Source of the DNA: Mizuhopecten yessoensis
Lineage: Eukaryota
Assembly: GCF_002113885.1 (NCBI RefSeq)
Contig: NW_018480020.1
Location: forward strand, 222,163-286,162
Reading direction: 5' to 3'
Length of the DNA stretch: 64,000 bases
Below, in pieces: positions 60,861 to 64,000 of this stretch (position 1 is its first letter; every line of letters starts with the position of its first letter). The notes under the pieces are model-generated. The model ran no database searches, was not told the DNA's origin, and saw only the letters and a program-made list of their open reading frames with translations. Both the position numbers and the translations under genes were made by a program.

Positions 60861-63800
60861 ATGGGTAAAACCACTATATAAGGATTGAAGCAGGCTTCAT
60901 ACAATATGGATGTAACCGATTTGCCTTCATACCGGCATGGAAATTAAAAACAACAACACCGCCGTTTAATCCATATATCTACACTTTTATTTATTGCGTT
61001 TTGTATATGCGTCATCCTTTAACGACATTGGTGGAACAGTCCTATTTGAATGACATTGGCGCCAAAAATTAACCGTAGTCATTTGAGCGTTTGACGCAGG
61101 GGCATCATCCATGTCATTCGAAGCGAAGCAACAAAACCCTCATTGAACAAGGTTAATCAATGACGTCATAAGTGAACCACGTGTTATGTCACGAGAGTTT
61201 TTGCTTTCATACTCAAATGAAAAGCAGTTCTGCTGGTAATGTTCTTATAGCGAGTTGCAGCGCAAATGTAAATATATGACTGTTCTTTTAATAATAAAAA
61301 AATACGGATGAAAAAAGCCTCTCGAGTCTTGACATTTTGCTTGGAAAAGCAACTACAATTTATCATTCGACTGTAATACATTGTCATTGGACGTGACTAA
61401 ATTATCCAAGCTGGGACTGGAACAATAATACTAATACCTGGAAGAATTTTCCCCAAATTTCATTTGTCATTTGTGACTTCGTCTACTTGCTGGATACGAC
61501 GCCGGAATAGTGCAAATTGTTGAAACACCTACTAGAAATGATTATACGCTAGATCTAGTTATAACCGATACGACCAATCAGGTCATCCAATTCAATTTCT
61601 TACCCCAACAAAGACTCTACATTTCTGTAAATTCAGGTCGTGCGAAAATCAGCTCATAGAGTTCATAGATAATATATCAGAGGTAATTGTAATTAACAAT
61701 ATAAAAAACCTATGTAAAGATGTAATCAAGACATGTCATACCAAATGCTCACATCTTTGACTGAATTGTCTCCTGTTTTACTTGTTGATTAATAGAATAC
61801 TTCAATCCCCTTGAGATGAGATAGGGGAAGCTCAACCCTCAGGGAAGGATTCTTAAGTTGCCAAACACGAGGATTATCAACTGAAAAATCGTCCCCGAGG
61901 GTTGAGATTCTCGATCTCACCTCGAGGGGTGTCACTGATTCTTTTTCTCTTATCCTGTTGACCGTGTCATATACATAATGCATCGTTGACGTTGTGGGCT
62001 CATTGCATTGTTGACGTGACGTCTTACAATTCTTTTTAGAAGAGAATCTCCCGTCTCAACCCTAGAATGATATTAATAGAATCCATCCGTGATGTGAGGT
62101 ATGGATACACAATTGTAAGGTTATTCAAACCTTCGGGATAAAGCCTCGTGTCTCATGCTCAATATTTCATCCCTTAATTGGTTTTGAATTACCTTATTCA
62201 TACCTTACACCAAGGATGGATTATTTTAATCTCACACCGGTAAAAGTGCGGATACACCTGTCCAGGGTAAGAGCAAAGGATATCCAAGATGAGTTGAAAC
62301 ACTCTACCGCAGTATATATATACCACCTCTATCGATTCTCTTGGTTCCTTCAAATTAGCGCTTCTTCACATGTGTTAGACCTCTTGGGTTTATCACGTTT
62401 TTACCCAATGTACAGTGTAGCTCTCTCATTTGCCAATTCAAGCAGCTGAAGCTGTCCCAGAGACATATACACAAGGCAACTCATTCCACCAATCTGATCT
62501 GTGCATGGAATTCCTCTTCAAATGGCGGGATGTAGAGACATATATACATTTGCAGGGGTTTGGCGGTTTATTCAGTGGCGGATCCAGAGTTTTTTTGGGG
62601 GCTTCAGGAAACCCCCCACCCTGAGAATTTTCTTTAAAAATCATGTATTTTCACCATTTCCCTCAATTTTTCCCCACTTGGAAACCCCCTCTGGAAACTT
62701 GGAAACCATCATTTTTTTATTTCCATTTTCAAATATTCAAATTTCAAACGACTCTAATTAATATTCTGTAAAATGTATAGCAAACTACGTGAATTATATG
62801 TAATATTACTATAGGAAATGCATTTATGATTAACAACGGAATAAGATCATGGTACCGTTAAGTCCGTGTTTAAACAAATATTCCATAAAATGACTAATGC
62901 AATAATATATTTTAACTTGTATCTATCCTTTACATTAAAAGGTATTTCATTCACATAGAGACGTACATACTACTGGCTTTATATGCCTCTGATTCAAACA
63001 TAAAAAAAAATCGTTAATTTTACTTGTGGTCATTTTTAATGTTGTATTTTTGTAAAATTCCGGAACGGACCTTCCTTTTCCGTATCATAAATTAAGACGT
63101 TTACCAAATATCCGGGATGCTTTTTGATGGAGTAGATGAACATGGATAAAAACATAACAATGGTTAAAGACGTAATCTCATCCAACCCCGAGATAATTTT
63201 GTCATTCGCAGAGTAAGCATTGCTGCCTGTTTTCATGTGCATCTCAGCTTTTATTCGTGATGTTGCGTATATATAAGTGATTAGGCCTGCTGTCAGATAG
63301 TCTGCTAAAATTCTGATCGGTTGCCTGTTTACGCATATTGTCAGTTTAAGCGGACTACAGTAGCTGTCAGACTGTCGCTGGCTTCCACTGTTATGCCAAT
63401 CGAACAAACCACAGTGAGGTCATGTGGCATTTTCACATACCCGGGTAAAACCCTTTGTATATTTTTTTTTAGCAAAATCTCGAAAATGCATAATATATAG
63501 TATACACATAATCAGTGTGTCCAGCACATGTGCTCTGAGAATATACATGATTAACCCACCTGAGTTTTCTCTGGCCCGGGCACCAGACTTAGATATGTTT
63601 ACAGATAGATTTCTTGTTTGGAAACCAGACATTTATATCATTATCTGTCAACTAAAAGCATCAACCGACAACAAGAATCTTCAAGTGACAACAAGCGTCA
63701 CCTGACCAAATCTTTAAAAAACCAGAATGAAGTAACTGACATCAGGAGATACACTGTTCCTATGACTTATACAACTGTACCAAATTTTAATTTGATATTT

Positions 63801-63914
63801 GAAAAATTGGCCGTGTTATGATGAATTGAATTTTTACGATCAGCTGTGTGGCATGTGTGTGTGTAAAAGATGTTGATTAATTAGGTTGCCTTACAAGCGT
63901 CAGCTGTAAGGAAC

Positions 63915-63988
63915 TTCCCTTTAGCTCAGCGGTAGAGCATCAGGCTGGAGAGCCAAGGGTCAGGGGTTCGAGCCCCAGCAATGGCACT
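63915..63988 (+). pseudogene. tRNA-like sequence (tRNA pseudogene or SINE head)
   Basis: TAGCTCAGCGGTAGAGC D-arm/A-box and GGGGTTCGAGCCCC T-arm/B-box are intact, but the acceptor and anticodon stems pair poorly. Confidence 0.55.
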
Positions 63989-64000
63989 ATTTTTATCACT

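Overview
AT-rich, intron-containing eukaryotic DNA, most consistent with a bivalve mollusc (inferred from SINE/MITE types and gene families). Three host genes are recoverable on the + strand by hand-splicing. (1) The last coding exon of the mRNA-capping enzyme RNGTT (948-1144). (2) A very long (~1533 aa, 9 coding exons, 14938-26986) shugoshin with an SGO2-like coiled coil, repeated RRxT[F/Y] motifs, an RS-repeat block and a C-terminal SGO box. (3) A ~670 aa, 10-exon ARM-TIR-SAM protein (35316-47051) that keeps the putative TIR catalytic glutamate; it is a SARM1-like domain set in a different order and is the best candidate here for an uncharacterised immune/NAD-signalling system. A young full-length Gypsy-like LTR retrotransposon on the - strand (55479-60860) has non-canonical CGCCA...TGGCG LTR ends, a 3-bp TSD, a tRNA-Leu PBS and an IADD RT motif (Troyka-like). 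The rest is a 3.5-kb compound minisatellite, a mariner fossil, several MITE families (9-bp, 8-bp, TTAA, TA and TTA target sites), SINEs and short tandem repeats. Most ORF-track entries are non-coding artefacts. All gene models are manual and unverified by transcripts or database search.
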